From: Octopus sinensis
Lineage: Eukaryota
Assembly: GCF_006345805.1 (NCBI RefSeq)
Contig: NW_021836148.1
Coordinates: 1 to 64,000 of the forward strand
Direction of reading: 5' to 3'
Length of the DNA: 64,000 nt
Below the pieces are notes generated by a model, which was not told where the DNA came from, did not search any database, and saw nothing but the letters and a program-made list of their open reading frames with translations. Every line of letters starts with the position of its first letter. The stretch's first letter is position 1. Positions 1 through 10,921 of this stretch are shown piece by piece. Made by a program: the position numbers and the translations under genes.

Positions 1-112
1 GATTAGAGAAACAGAAAATGAAGTGTGTTGCTCAAGTATGCATGGCACTCAGCTCAGCAAATGTACAACCTTATGCCTGAGTCAAACACACTGACCAATA
101 GTCCATGCATCC
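1..112 (-). mobile_element. SINE family C, 5' fragment
   Basis: Degenerate match to the head of the copies at 24500-24715, 36746-37082 and 50880-51180 (aagtgt..tgctcaag..cac...accaa..gcc). Confidence 0.45.
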
Positions 113-152
113 TTACATGTGAATTACAAAGAACTATAGAAAAATATATATA

Positions 153-321
153 GGCCCAGGAGTGGCTGTGTGGTAAGTAGCTTGCTTACCAACTATATGG
201 TTCTGGGTTCAGTCCCACTGCGTGGCACCTTGGACAATTGTCTTCTACTATAGCCTTGGGTCGACCAAAGCCTTGTGAGTGGATTTGGTAGACGGAAACT
301 GAAAGAAGCCCGTCGTATATA

Positions 322-356
<35 letters not shown>

Positions 357-557
357 CTGTGTTTGTCCCCCCAACATCGCTTGACAACTGGTGCTGGTGT
401 GTTTTTGTCCCTGTAACTTAGCAGTTTGGCAAAAGAGACTGATAGAATAAGTACTAGGCTTCTGAAGAATAAGTACTGGGGTCGATTTGCTCAACTAAAG
501 GCAGTGCTCCAGAATGGCCGCAGTCAAATGACTGAAACAAGTAAAATAGTAAAAGAG
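153..557 (+). mobile_element. tRNA-derived SINE family A, full length
   Basis: Head ggc(g)caggagtggctgtgtggtaag...gggttcagtccc (A/B-box-like), internal (TA)n(TG)n, tail gtaaaagag; >20 related copies in the window. Confidence 0.9.
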
Positions 558-569
558 CCCGAATGTATG

Positions 570-770
570 TCTTCTGTCTTTTACCTGTTCTAGACTGTGG
601 CCATGCTGGAGCACCATCTTTAAAGATTTAGTTGAACAAATCGACCCCAGTACTTATTTTTATCTTTGGTAGTTATTCTTGAGCTCTCATTAAGCTGAAA
701 TACCAAGTTACCAGGACGTTATCAAACCAACACCTCATATAAAGTGGTGGTTGGGAAAACAAAAAGATCC
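570..770 (-). mobile_element. SINE A, diverged 3' half
   Basis: gactgtggccatgctggagcacc...aaatcgaccccagtacttatt is the reverse complement of the SINE A 3' end. Confidence 0.65.
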
Positions 771-789
771 ACAAAGATACTCATGTATA

Positions 790-794
<5 letters not shown>

Positions 795-850
<56 letters not shown>
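795..850. repeat. (CT)n microsatellite
   Basis: Direct reading. Confidence 0.95.
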
Positions 851-853
<3 letters not shown>

Positions 854-1030
854 GATCGTTGGTGATTTTTTAGCTCCATCTTCCTTTTCTCTTGGACTTT
901 CCTCTGTTTCCTGTTTCTGAAGAAGAGCTTTGCTCTAAACGTAAAACTACCTTTCTATCCTTCCCTGAGCGTCTGCTAATACTTTGCATGTACCATGTCC
1001 TCACGTTGTTGTTATTGTTTCTTGTGTTTT
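851..1030 (+). mobile_element. Penelope-like terminal-repeat remnant with decayed minimal hammerhead (913-947)
   Basis: GTTT-CTGAAGA-A-GAGC ttt GCTC-tAAA-CG-TA-AAAC (G12 is T); downstream ttcc(c)tgagcg..ctaatac motif shared with 39011-39119 and 52520-52670. Confidence 0.55.
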
Positions 1031-1099
1031 TTCTTTAGGATTTTTTTCTTTGATTAATTATATATATATAAATATATTTGAAAGAATGAGTAGAGATGG

Positions 1100-2505
1100 C
1101 TTTTACTCCGAGCGAGATGCCTTTTGTCACCAGCAGAGGTAAGAGCTCTCTGAACTTTACCCAGGCTATTCTTACTCTAGCAGTTACATTTTTAGCACAC
1201 CCACCCCCGCTACTGACTTGGTCACCTAGGTAACGGAAGCTATCAACTACTTCTAGTTTTTTCCCCCGGAAAGTGACGAAAGTTGTTTTCTGCAGATTTT
1301 CAGTGTTTATTGCTCCTGAGCATCTGCCACATACAAAAACTATCTTCCCAGTTAGCCTTCCTTTGACATTGCTGCACCTCTTATGTGTCCATAGCTTACA
1401 CAGAGCCATCTACCTGAAGGTATTTGTGGTTTGTCTACCTTCCTACTTATTAGTACTTTGGTTTTAGCTAGGTTGACTCTAAGGCCCTTCGATTCTAATC
1501 CTTGCTTCCACACCTGAAACTTCTCCTCCAGTTCTGATAGTGACTCAGCAATTAGAGCAAGACCGTCAGCATAGATGAGCTACCGGGGGCATCCCGTCTT
1601 GAATTCCTCTGTTATTGCCTGGAGAACTATGATAAATAGGAGAGGGCTGAGGACTGAACCTTGGTGGACTCCTACCTCTACCCGGAATTCTTCACTGTAC
1701 TTGTTGCCAACCCTCACCTTACTAACAGCACCCCTGTACATGGCTCGCACGGCTCTCACTAACCATTCATCTATTCCTAGTTTCCTCATTGACCACCAGA
1801 TAAGGGATCGGGGAACCCTGTCAAAGGCTTTCTCCATGTCAACAAAAGCCAGGTACAGAGGTTTATCTTTGGCGAGGTATTTCTCCTGCAGCTGTCTTAC
1901 CAGGAATATAGCATCAGTGGTGCTTTTTCCTGGCACGAACACAAACTGCATTTGATCTAAACTGACTCTCTCTCTCTAATTAATTGGGCTATGACCCTCT
2001 CCGTGACCTTCATTACTTGATCCAGCAACTTGATACCTCTGTAATTATTTGTATCTAAGGCGTCACCTTTACCTTTGTGGCAGTTGACTATTATACTGCT
2101 ACACCAGTCATTGGGTATGACTCCTTCGTGTATCACCTGGTTAACTATGCGGGTGACTAGGCTATAACCGACACTGCCAGATATTTTGAGCATATCTGCA
2201 GTAATTCCTGATTGGCCTGGGGCTTTCCCTGTTTTCATGATACTAATTGCCTTGACTACCAAGGAACTGTCAACTCGGATAGCTTGTGCCTCTGTTGAGT
2301 CGACATTCGGCAGACTCTCTTTATCCCATTCAGCTAGGTGACTAGGTGACGGGCGGATTTCCTGAAGTTGGTATTGCAAACCATAAGATCATTTGCATCG
2401 CAGAACTCCAGCAGTCTGGTTCCCTCCTCATTGCGGGAACCAAAACCATAGCCTCCATGTATGCCATGGAAGCCCCCTGCACGTGTTCTTTGCCTGTGTT
2501 CTTTG

Positions 2506-2508
<3 letters not shown>
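1100..2508 (-). mobile_element. RTE-clade LINE, subfamily A, internally deleted fragment (part of APE, RT core)
   Basis: ORFs 1580-1951 (QFVFVPGKST, FVDMEKAFDRVP, VHQGSVLSPLLF), 1957-2379 and 1035-1409; high similarity to 28098-31214. Confidence 0.95.
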
Positions 2509-2509
<1 letters not shown>

Positions 2510-2548
<39 letters not shown>

Positions 2549-2567
2549 AATATATATATATATATAC

Positions 2568-2607
<40 letters not shown>

Positions 2608-2609
2608 AT

Positions 2610-2653
<44 letters not shown>

Positions 2654-2655
2654 TA
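2510..2655. repeat. (TA)n microsatellite between two oppositely oriented RTE fragments
   Basis: Direct reading. Confidence 0.95.
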
Positions 2656-3390
2656 GTGTAACTACCTGAGAGAAATGTTGGACATAAGAAGCATCGGATG
2701 TGGCGTGCAGGAGAGACGTTTGCATTGGTATGGTCATGTACTATAGAAGGATGAGAAGAGATGTGTGAAGAAGTGACACTCCCAAACTGTTGAAGGAATC
2801 CACGGTAGAGGTAGACCCAGGAAAACATGGGATGAGGTGGTTAAGCATGACCTTCATACGTTGGGCCTCACCGAGATATCTGGAGATATGCTGTGACTGC
2901 AAAGACCCGACAAATGAAGTGAGTTCATGGCTCACAGGACAGCCTGCTGCGCTAATCTTGGATCGTAGAGTGACCTTTTGTGCTTGAGGAGACCTATTGA
3001 GTCAAGTACGTCAACACCAACATCAAAATAAAAATCAAATGGAAATTGTAGTTATGATACCCGTGTCTGTGGCATGTAAAAAGCACCATCCGAACATAGC
3101 TGATGCCAGCGCCGTCTGACTGGCGTCCATTTTGGTGACATGTAAAAAGTACAACCGATTGTTGCCGTTTGCCAGCCCCCTCTGACCCCTGTGCTGGTGA
3201 CACGTAAAAAGCACCCACTACACTCACGGAGTGGTTGGTGTTAGGAAGGGCATCCAGCCGTAGAAACACTGCCAGATCAGACTGGAGCTTGGCGCAGCCT
3301 CCTGGCTTCCCAGACCCCGGTCGAACCGTCCAACACATGCTAGCATGGAAAACAGACGTTAAACGATGATGATGATGATGATGATGATGT
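2655..3390 (+). mobile_element. RTE LINE, subfamily B, 5'-truncated 3' end with 3'UTR modules and (GAT)n tail
   Basis: Reads LREMLDIRS..VQERRL.WYGHV..RGRPRKTWDEVVKHDL as in 40319-41002; ends aaacgatgatgatg. Confidence 0.9.
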
Positions 3391-3400
3391 TTATATGAAT

Positions 3401-3435
<35 letters not shown>

Positions 3436-4349
3436 ATATATAATATATATATATATATATATAATTATTATTTGAGGGAATAAAATCCAAACTTACAAGG
3501 AAAAAATTCAATTTAGAAATACTAAATCCAATTTCACACAATATAATATATATATATAAAATTAGAAAAAAACACCTTTTATCAATTCAAAATGAACAAT
3601 TAAATTACACCATCTATAAAATTACATATAATAGAAAAGTTAAAATTAAAATAACAATAAAATGTAAAGATTAAGTAAATTGCAAAAATAATAATAAAAA
3701 CGTATATAATAGATTTAATTGTTATAAAAGATTTTACGTTTTACATATTATTTAATTTGAGAATTAATATTGTTAGACTATATTTCTTTTAATAATTAAA
3801 TAATATTTTCATCAAATAGTATTACTTTTTAATAAACTAGTTTTTATTTTAATATAAAGTTTATGTTTAACTTTTTATCGTGTGATATATTAAATCTATA
3901 GATATTATACTTGGATATTAATATAACGAGTTTATATAATTGATTTGAGTATATTTGTACTATTTCAAATTTTTGATTGTATTTTTCATGAATGGAATCG
4001 ATTGAGTATATTAATTAGACGCTTATAATATTGATACATTTAAAATCTAGAGAGATTAACAGATTCGTTGAACTTAGTAATTTAGTTTGCTTATCAATAT
4101 TAGTAACTATTATTTTGATTTTGATCGTTGTTTTATTGTTATTGTTATTGACTGGTTTGGTAGAGGACTGGTGATTGTGATTGTACATCTTCATAGTGTA
4201 TTGTTCTTTGGTTCTAATATTTTTGCACCTTTCTTTAATTTGGGGTTGATAGGTTTTCTTACTTTCCATTAACATCTTATTCTCGCTATTATATATTTTA
4301 TACATTTTTATATATATTGATAGATATTACTTACGATAGATATTAATTA

Positions 4350-4385
<36 letters not shown>

Positions 4386-4416
4386 ATTTAATATATTATA
4401 TTATATTATATTATAT

Positions 4417-4622
4417 CTGTCTGGCACCTGTGCGGGTGGCACGTAAAAAGCACCCACTACACTCACGGAGTGGTTGGCGTTAGGAAGGGCATCCAGCCGT
4501 AGAAACACTGCCAGATTTGACTGGGCCTGATGAAACCTTCTGTCTTCACAGACCCCAGTAGAACCGTCCAACCCATGCTAGCATGGAAAACGGACACTAA
4601 ACGGTGATGATGATGATGATGA
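4417..4622 (+). mobile_element. RTE 3'-tail fragment nested in the Penelope-like relic
   Basis: ggcacgtaaaaagcacccactacactcacggagtgg...acccatgctagcatgg...gatgatgat. Confidence 0.9.
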
Positions 4623-4977
4623 GGATATAGGTGGCTTAGGTATTTGTAATACTAAATTTAAGTTAATTAGGTATTATATTATTTGATATTTAGTCAACTT
4701 TGTTATAGATTGTTATATTAAATCTATAGATACTACACATATATATTCATTATATGGTTAGTTTATTTAAGGAGTTTTTCAATATTTGAAACATTTATTT
4801 TGATTACAATTTAATGACTTGTACTAGCTTTGTGTATTTTATTTAATTTTAAAGTACTTGATTATTTAAGTATCATTTTATGTTTCACTTATGTATATTT
4901 AGGATTTTCATATACATATATATATTTATATCAAAGTATATTTATTAATTAATTATTTTATTGTTCTATTTTATTTT

Positions 4978-5064
4978 AACCTGATGAGCAACTATATTTA
5001 TATCGAAGTGATTTCTCTACTACTATAATCATTTCTTAAATATAGCCGCGAAACAGGTGTTGTT
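4978..5064 (+). ncRNA. Putative type I hammerhead ribozyme with long stem II
   Basis: AAC-CTGATGA-GC...GC-GAAA-CAGGTG-T-T-GTT; stem II extended by ctatattta/taaatatag (9 bp) and aagtgatt/aatcattt; stems I and III are short. Confidence 0.5.
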
Positions 5065-5227
5065 TTTCTACCTATTATATACGTTTTTATTATTATTTTT
5101 GCAACTTACTTAATCTTTACATTTTATTGTTATTTTAATTTTAACTTTTCTATCATATGTAATTTTATAGATGGTGTAATTTAATTGTTCATTTTGAATT
5201 GATAAAAGGTGGTTTTGTTTCTAATTT

Positions 5228-5259
<32 letters not shown>

Positions 5260-5264
5260 TATAT

Positions 5265-5492
5265 TTTTATTGTCCACAAGGGACTAAACATAGAGGGGAC
5301 AAATAAGGACAGACAAAAGGATTAAGTCGATTACATCGACCCCAGTGTGAAACTGGTACTTTATTTATCGACCCCAAAAGGATGAAAGGCAAAGTCGACC
5401 TCGGCGGAATTTGAACTCAGAACGTAACGACAGACGAAATACCGGTAAGCATTTGCCCGACATGCTAATGTGTCTGCCAGCTCGCCGCCTTC
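5265..5492 (-). mobile_element. tRNA-derived SINE family B
   Basis: Reverse complement gcggcgagctggcag...gttctgagttcaaattccgccgaggtcgac (B-box-like); copies at 12643, 14165, 14985 and 62915. Confidence 0.85.
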
Positions 5493-5494
5493 GT

Positions 5495-5521
5495 ATATAT
5501 ACAAATATATACATATATATA

Positions 5522-5614
<93 letters not shown>

Positions 5615-5636
5615 CATATATATATATATATTTATA

Positions 5637-5697
<61 letters not shown>

Positions 5698-5711
5698 TAT
5701 ATATATATATA
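5495..5711. repeat. (TA)n microsatellite
   Basis: Direct reading. Confidence 0.95.
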
Positions 5712-6810
5712 ACTTAGAAAGGTTTTGGCCAGTATTGGCCCAGGCCACGTCTAACTTAATAGCACCACCTGGCGAAGTCTTTCAATTCAGGATTTGGGCA
5801 TCAAGGCCCATTCAAGCAGAGCGTTATGTTGCGGAGACATATCCGGGGTGTGGGTGGTTTGTCCGGGACTGTTTGAAGGAATTTGTCCAAAGACTTCTTG
5901 AATTTGTGTCGTCAGTTTCTTTTTGACGTGTCCTGGTGTTTTCTTGAAGAGAGCGGGTCCAATTGAGGTGAAATAGTTGTGCCGTATTGTCGTTATGTGA
6001 TGCGATTCAGATTTTTGTTGTGGACGGATGGCACATGGTCCAAGCCTGGATTATTTTGAAGGTGATGCCAACATCATTCAGACAGTGCGCTATTATATAT
6101 ATATAATATATATATATATTTATATATTGTTCACTGTTCCTCCGATGAATTTTAAAGTCGATACCTATATCATTTGGGCAATGTTGATGGAATATTTTCC
6201 ACATAAAACAAAAGATATAGTGCTCATGGCAGCATTGGAGGGAGTAAAGCCTGAGCTTTTTGTGTTGATCTCTATAGTCAAAGCTTGTCATGTCATCTAT
6301 TTGTTTTTTGCGATAGATCTTTGAGGAGCTTCAATTTTCATAATATTTCGTATCATGTGGGATGGTGAGGGGGGACCACAGCGGACAAAAGTATTGAAGG
6401 TGAGGGCGAGCAAAAGTAGGGAAAAGTAGAATAATGGTAGGGACATCTCTAGACTGGAAAGCCCTGAGAATCCAGGAGCACATCATGCAAACCATGTCAG
6501 CTTTGCTGTTTATGTAAGCACACCAGCTTATTTTGTTGTCAACAGTAACACCCAGGTCTCTAGCAGTGCTGGATGCCATGAGGGTTTCACCTGAAGGAAG
6601 AGTGTATGGTTGTTGGAATGCAGTCACTTTACCAAAGTGGATTAGGTAGAATTTTTCCTCGTCTAGTTGCATATTATGTTTCTCCATCCATTGGATAATA
6701 ACTAACAGATCAGATTGAAGATTTGCATGCTTCTGTGTTTGATGACGTCAGTGATGTCTTTAATATAAATTATGAAAAGCAGCAGACCCAATACAGTGCC
6801 TTGTGGGACT
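5712..6810 (-). mobile_element. CR1/L2-group LINE, 5'-truncated RT C-terminal half, decayed
   Basis: VPQGTVLGLLLFIIYIKDI, ARDLGVTVDNKISW, FARPHLQYFCPLWSP. Confidence 0.85.
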
Positions 6811-6859
6811 CTGAAACATGATCCTGAAACATGCTTGTCTCTAGATGCAGGCCTGGCTG

Positions 6860-7012
6860 CTGGGGGTGTTTGTCTCCCCTTCGTAAATGTATATAAGGAC
6901 ACAGGAAAAATGTGTCGAAGCCATCAGGAAGCGTCGATGCTTCCTAGTGCTAAACAGTGGTGGTGTAACCCCCTACTGTCACGTTCACGTTAGATTGACA
7001 GTATACAACCAT
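6860..7012. repeat. Unclassified structured dispersed repeat, copy 1
   Basis: Homologous to 17425-17575; hairpins gacaca/tgtgtc, aggaagc/gcttcct and actgtca/tgacagt. Confidence 0.7.
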
Positions 7013-8518
7013 TCTATGCAAATATTCTATAATTAAAACATAATTATAATCAGGGGGCAGCTAATTTCTTCGCCAGGCACAGAACTTAGAAATAGGAGTT
7101 AAAATGCCTTTTCTACTACCATAAAGGTCTCCCAGACAGTAACGTAGGCAAAAAGAAAAAATAACCAATCCACATGGCTAGAGTATTTTATGTATGTATG
7201 TATGTATGCATGCGTGTATGTATGTATATATTTATAAAAGTATATATTTATATATACGTGTGAATGTGTGTATGTATTTATGTGTATGGGTGTATGTATA
7301 TATGTATGAAGAAGAAATGATAAACACAAGTATATTATTTGTTCCTATGTACGTATACGTTTGCTTGGAACACTTCATTGGATGTTCCAAGTGCAATTGG
7401 ATGCTTAGCCAGGACAGACCTTTAAAGAATATTTAATTGCATTATGTTACAGAGAATTAAAGTCTAGAGTTGGGTAGTTTGTGCAGCCTTTTATAAGTAT
7501 TTTGAGAGGAAAGTATAAAGAAAGCAACTGGAAAAGACCAATAAAGAATTACAACGAAGAAGCAATGGGAAGAGAAAGAAAAGAGAAAGAAAAGACAAAA
7601 TAGGGAATAAAGAGAGAGAAAAACAGAGAAAGAAAACGGAAGAAAGAGGTAAAAGACAAGATTGTAATTAAATAAAGCAAGAAAGGGAAAAAACTAAGTT
7701 GAATAACCATAAAAGAGATAAACAACAAATATTTAAACAACATAAAAAAGTAAGTAAAAATATATGAATAGACACCAGAGATAAAAAGGAAGAGAGAAAG
7801 ATAAGAATGCATTGTGAAACAGGGAGCATATGAGAGAGGGAGACGGAAGTAAGAGATTATAAAAACAAGAGGGAGTGTTGTGAAATTGTGAGTCAGTTAA
7901 TAATATATTGATTGAAACTAAAAGAGGTTGAGAAATGGATATAAGCACAAACATGTGCATAGATATATGTAGGTCATGATTTTTTTACACAGAATAGGTG
8001 TCCAATGGTCATTTTCTATATTTCAAAAGGACTAATTCTAAACACACACAAAACGCTTTTCAGTACTAAACTATGGATTCATACATCAAACACATGACCA
8101 CATGCAGGTGTGCATATATATATAAAGATACACACACACATATATATACACACATACACACACACATACAACTGTCTCTTGCTCTCTCTCTCTCTCTTTC
8201 TACATATATATATATACACACATATATATATATACCTTCTCTTACCTTATTATTATTATTATTAACTTCTTATAATCATCAATAATAATGACCTTTTTGA
8301 CTGGTAATACTCTAAATGTATATATTTGTCACTACCTGTCATAAATAGCCTTTTTTATATCTACAATATGCATTTTCGTTGATTTTTCATTTTTTACCCT
8401 TACATTTCTATGTGTATTTTATATTTTTTTTCAAAACATATTTCTACTATATATATATATATATATATATATACAAAGCCATACATACATATATATTCTT
8501 TTTTATTCTTTTTTTTTC

Positions 8519-8605
8519 TTTTTATTTGTTTCAGTCATTTGACTGCGACCAAGCTGGAGCACCACCTTTAGTCAAACAAATCGCCCCCATGACTTATTCT
8601 CTTAA
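8519..8605 (-). mobile_element. SINE A 3' fragment
   Basis: ttgtttcagtcatttgactgcg...ggagcaccacctttagtc. Confidence 0.75.
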
Positions 8606-8981
8606 GATCAATGAATATTATAAATAATATCTAACAATATCCTATGGATGTGAGAATGTAGTCATGAACAAACCTGTGTTATGCAGAAACATATGTAACA
8701 ATACCTTAATGAAATATAAATATTTCCATCCAATAATTTTTTCATTATTATTATATTTATCTTCTGTCATAGTGAGGGCCACATACATAACCATACCATA
8801 GAATTACTCTGGAAGATGGGAATAATAAGCAGTAGCCAGTCACAAGTAGCATAGGAGCTTTTATGAGCACACTTGGAGGCATTTGCCATAAATTAAAAGT
8901 TTGTGTGTGTGTTGTGTGTACATATGCATGTATGTATAAATTATTTGAGAAGCCCATTGAGTATATCTATCTATCTATCTA

Positions 8982-9015
<34 letters not shown>

Positions 9016-9284
9016 ATATATATATAAGTAAATAAATGGAGTTGAATGCAGATGTTATTAAAATTCTTTTACTTTCGACATATGTTTCGAAGACAACATT
9101 AGTTTTATTTACATATACTACACAAATTACTGCACATTAACCTGGAGTTTCTACCATTGAATAGGTGGCTTCATCTGTGTTACTTGCGTGAATTTTGCTA
9201 CCCTGGTAACTGTTTACTGAATTTTCCATGTTAACGGTAAACAAAGGATAATTCATTCATCCATTTATATATATATATATATAT

Positions 9285-9390
9285 AGGTGCAGTCCGACAG
9301 TGTGGCACCCTGGGCAAGAGTCTTGCACTATAGCCTTGGGCCAACCAAAGCCTTGTGAGTGAATTTGGTAGATGGTAATTGGAAGAAGCT
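9285..9390 (+). mobile_element. SINE A 5' fragment
   Basis: cagtcc...gtggcaccctgggcaag...ccaaagccttgtgagtg. Confidence 0.75.
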
Positions 9391-9395
9391 TGTCG

Positions 9396-9476
<81 letters not shown>

Positions 9477-9789
9477 ACACACAGATATATATATGAATGT
9501 ATGTATATATGCACATCCATGAGAATGTATATATATGAACATCTCTCCTAGTCTTCATATCTAATGCTAATTGCAAATAAACATCACTGTCAGTTAAGCA
9601 GTCATACAAACTTCTGTGAAAAATTGTCTTGCCTTTGAGGTTCTTTTGTTTTACTTAGGAATTTGGAGGAAATTGCTTTTTGCTTGGAAATAAATGAGGG
9701 AGAGCAACTGGCCACGGAAAATCTGCCTCGACAGATTTTATCTGGCTCATACAAGCATGGCACAATTAATGCCAAAACAATGACAGTGG

Positions 9790-9825
<36 letters not shown>

Positions 9826-10070
9826 TGGTGGTGGTGGTAGTGTTGATGATGATGTTGCTGATGATGATAATGATGATGATGATAATGATGAGGATGAGGA
9901 TGATGATGATGATGGTGGTGGTGGTAGTGGTGGTGATGGTGGTGTCGATGATGATGTTGATGATGTTGATGATAATGATAATGATGATGGTGATGATGCT
10001 GGGCAATGATGATGATGGTGGTGGTGGTGGTGGTGGCGGTTGTGATGATGATGAGGATGCTGCCACCGAT
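9790..10070. repeat. Compound (GAT)n/(GGT)n microsatellite, probably an expanded retroposon tail
   Basis: Direct reading; follows a SINE/RTE-like tail at ~9660-9785. Confidence 0.9.
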
Positions 10071-10104
10071 GATGATTCCTATTTCTGTTATATTTGATAA
10101 ATGT

Positions 10105-10345
10105 ATACTCTTTTACTCTTTTACTTGTTTCAGTCATTTGACTGCAGCCATGCTGGAGCACCGCCTTTAGTCGAGTAAATCGACTCCGGGACTTATTCTT
10201 TGTAAGCCCAGTACTTATTCTATCGGTCTCTTTTGCCGAACCGCCAAGTGATGGGGACGTAAACACACCAGCATCGGTTGTCAAGCAATGCTAGGGAGAC
10301 AAACACAGACACACAAACACACACACACATACATATATATATATA
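10105..10345 (-). mobile_element. SINE A 3' half (5' half at 10765-10885)
   Basis: Runs from the ctcttttact tail to the (CA)(TA) tract. Confidence 0.9.
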
Positions 10346-10346
10346 T

Positions 10347-10716
10347 TAAGTAGTTGTCCTTAATTGCTAAATTTTTATTCCGAAAAAACTTTTCCTCTCC
10401 CGAAATGCAATTCGTAAAAGTTACCATTTACCCGGATGTAATATATATAAACTCACCCATGTGCTTCGTGATGTTGATCAGTTAGCTGATCGGCTTAAGC
10501 GAGGCAGGGTCGTTGTTTATTTATAATACATTCAGGCCTGCTGATGATTACGTAAGTATGAAATCACTGTGATACAGGTCTATATTTTTAAATGACTTAC
10601 TTTGAAAAATTGCATTCGGTGGGATTAGTAATATTTTTGGTAGAAATGACTGATTGTCCCTCTTAGCGTTTGGCATGTATATACAATGCCTCCTGGCATG
10701 TATGTATAATGCCCTC

Positions 10717-10730
<14 letters not shown>
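10347..10730 (+). mobile_element. Non-coding hammerhead-bearing insert (retrozyme- or Penelope-like) inside the SINE (TA)n tract
   Basis: Unique CpG-richer ~380 bp flanked by (TA)n; contains the hammerhead at 10534-10581 and a long-range inverted repeat 10399-10412 / 10608-10619. Confidence 0.55.
10534..10581 (+). ncRNA. Type I hammerhead ribozyme
   Basis: Stem I AGGCCTG/CAGGTCT (7 bp, one G.U); core CTGATGA 10541-10547; stem II TAC-GTAA-GTA (GNRA loop) closed by U.U; GAAA 10560-10563; stem III palindrome ATCAC-T-GTGAT; cleavage triplet AUA, predicted cut after 10574. Confidence 0.75.
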
Positions 10731-10762
<32 letters not shown>

Positions 10763-10764
10763 TA

Positions 10765-10885
10765 CAACAGGCTTCTTTCAGTTTCCGTCTACCAAATCCA
10801 CTCACAAGGCATTGGTCGGCCCGGGGCTATAGCAGAAGACACTTGCCCAAGATGCCACGCAGTGGGACTGAACCCGGAACCATAT
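10765..10885 (-). mobile_element. SINE A 5' half
   Basis: acaggcttctttcagtttccgtctacc...gggactgaacccggaacca. Confidence 0.9.

Positions 10886-10887
<2 letters not shown>

Positions 10888-10921
<34 letters not shown>

Larger units (their letters stand above)
3462..5229. mobile_element. Penelope-like element relic: ~157-bp inverted repeats (3557-3712 / 5072-5229), hammerhead motif, (TA)n on both flanks
   Basis: Arms are near-identical reverse complements; hammerhead at 4978-5064 lies just upstream of the right arm; interior is AT-rich with no recognisable RT or GIY-YIG motif. Confidence 0.5.

Noticed and set aside
153-260. tRNA genes at SINE heads (families A, B, C)
   Set aside because: A/B-box-like motifs only; no complete cloverleaf, and they continue into SINE bodies.
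1100-3390. Apparent twin-priming inversion of a single RTE
   Set aside because: The minus part matches subfamily A (28-31 kb) and the plus part subfamily B (39-41 kb), with 150 bp of (TA)n between them; two independent insertions are more likely.
7364-7391. 9-bp perfect hairpin CTTGGAACA/TGTTCCAAG
   Set aside because: Too short for a pre-miRNA, isolated, and compatible with chance.
9070-9185. Minus-strand hammerhead half-motifs (CAGATGA...CGAAACATATGTC)
   Set aside because: U4 is mutated, there is no consistent stem I, and stem II is not resolvable.
10450-10557. First-exon signals ATG-ATT-AC|GTAAGT (+, phase-compatible with the 18214 exon) and ATGG|GTGAGT (-)
   Set aside because: The + donor coincides with hammerhead loop II, and the segment appears to be an insert inside a SINE, so a host promoter is unlikely. 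Exonisation is not excluded without RNA-seq.
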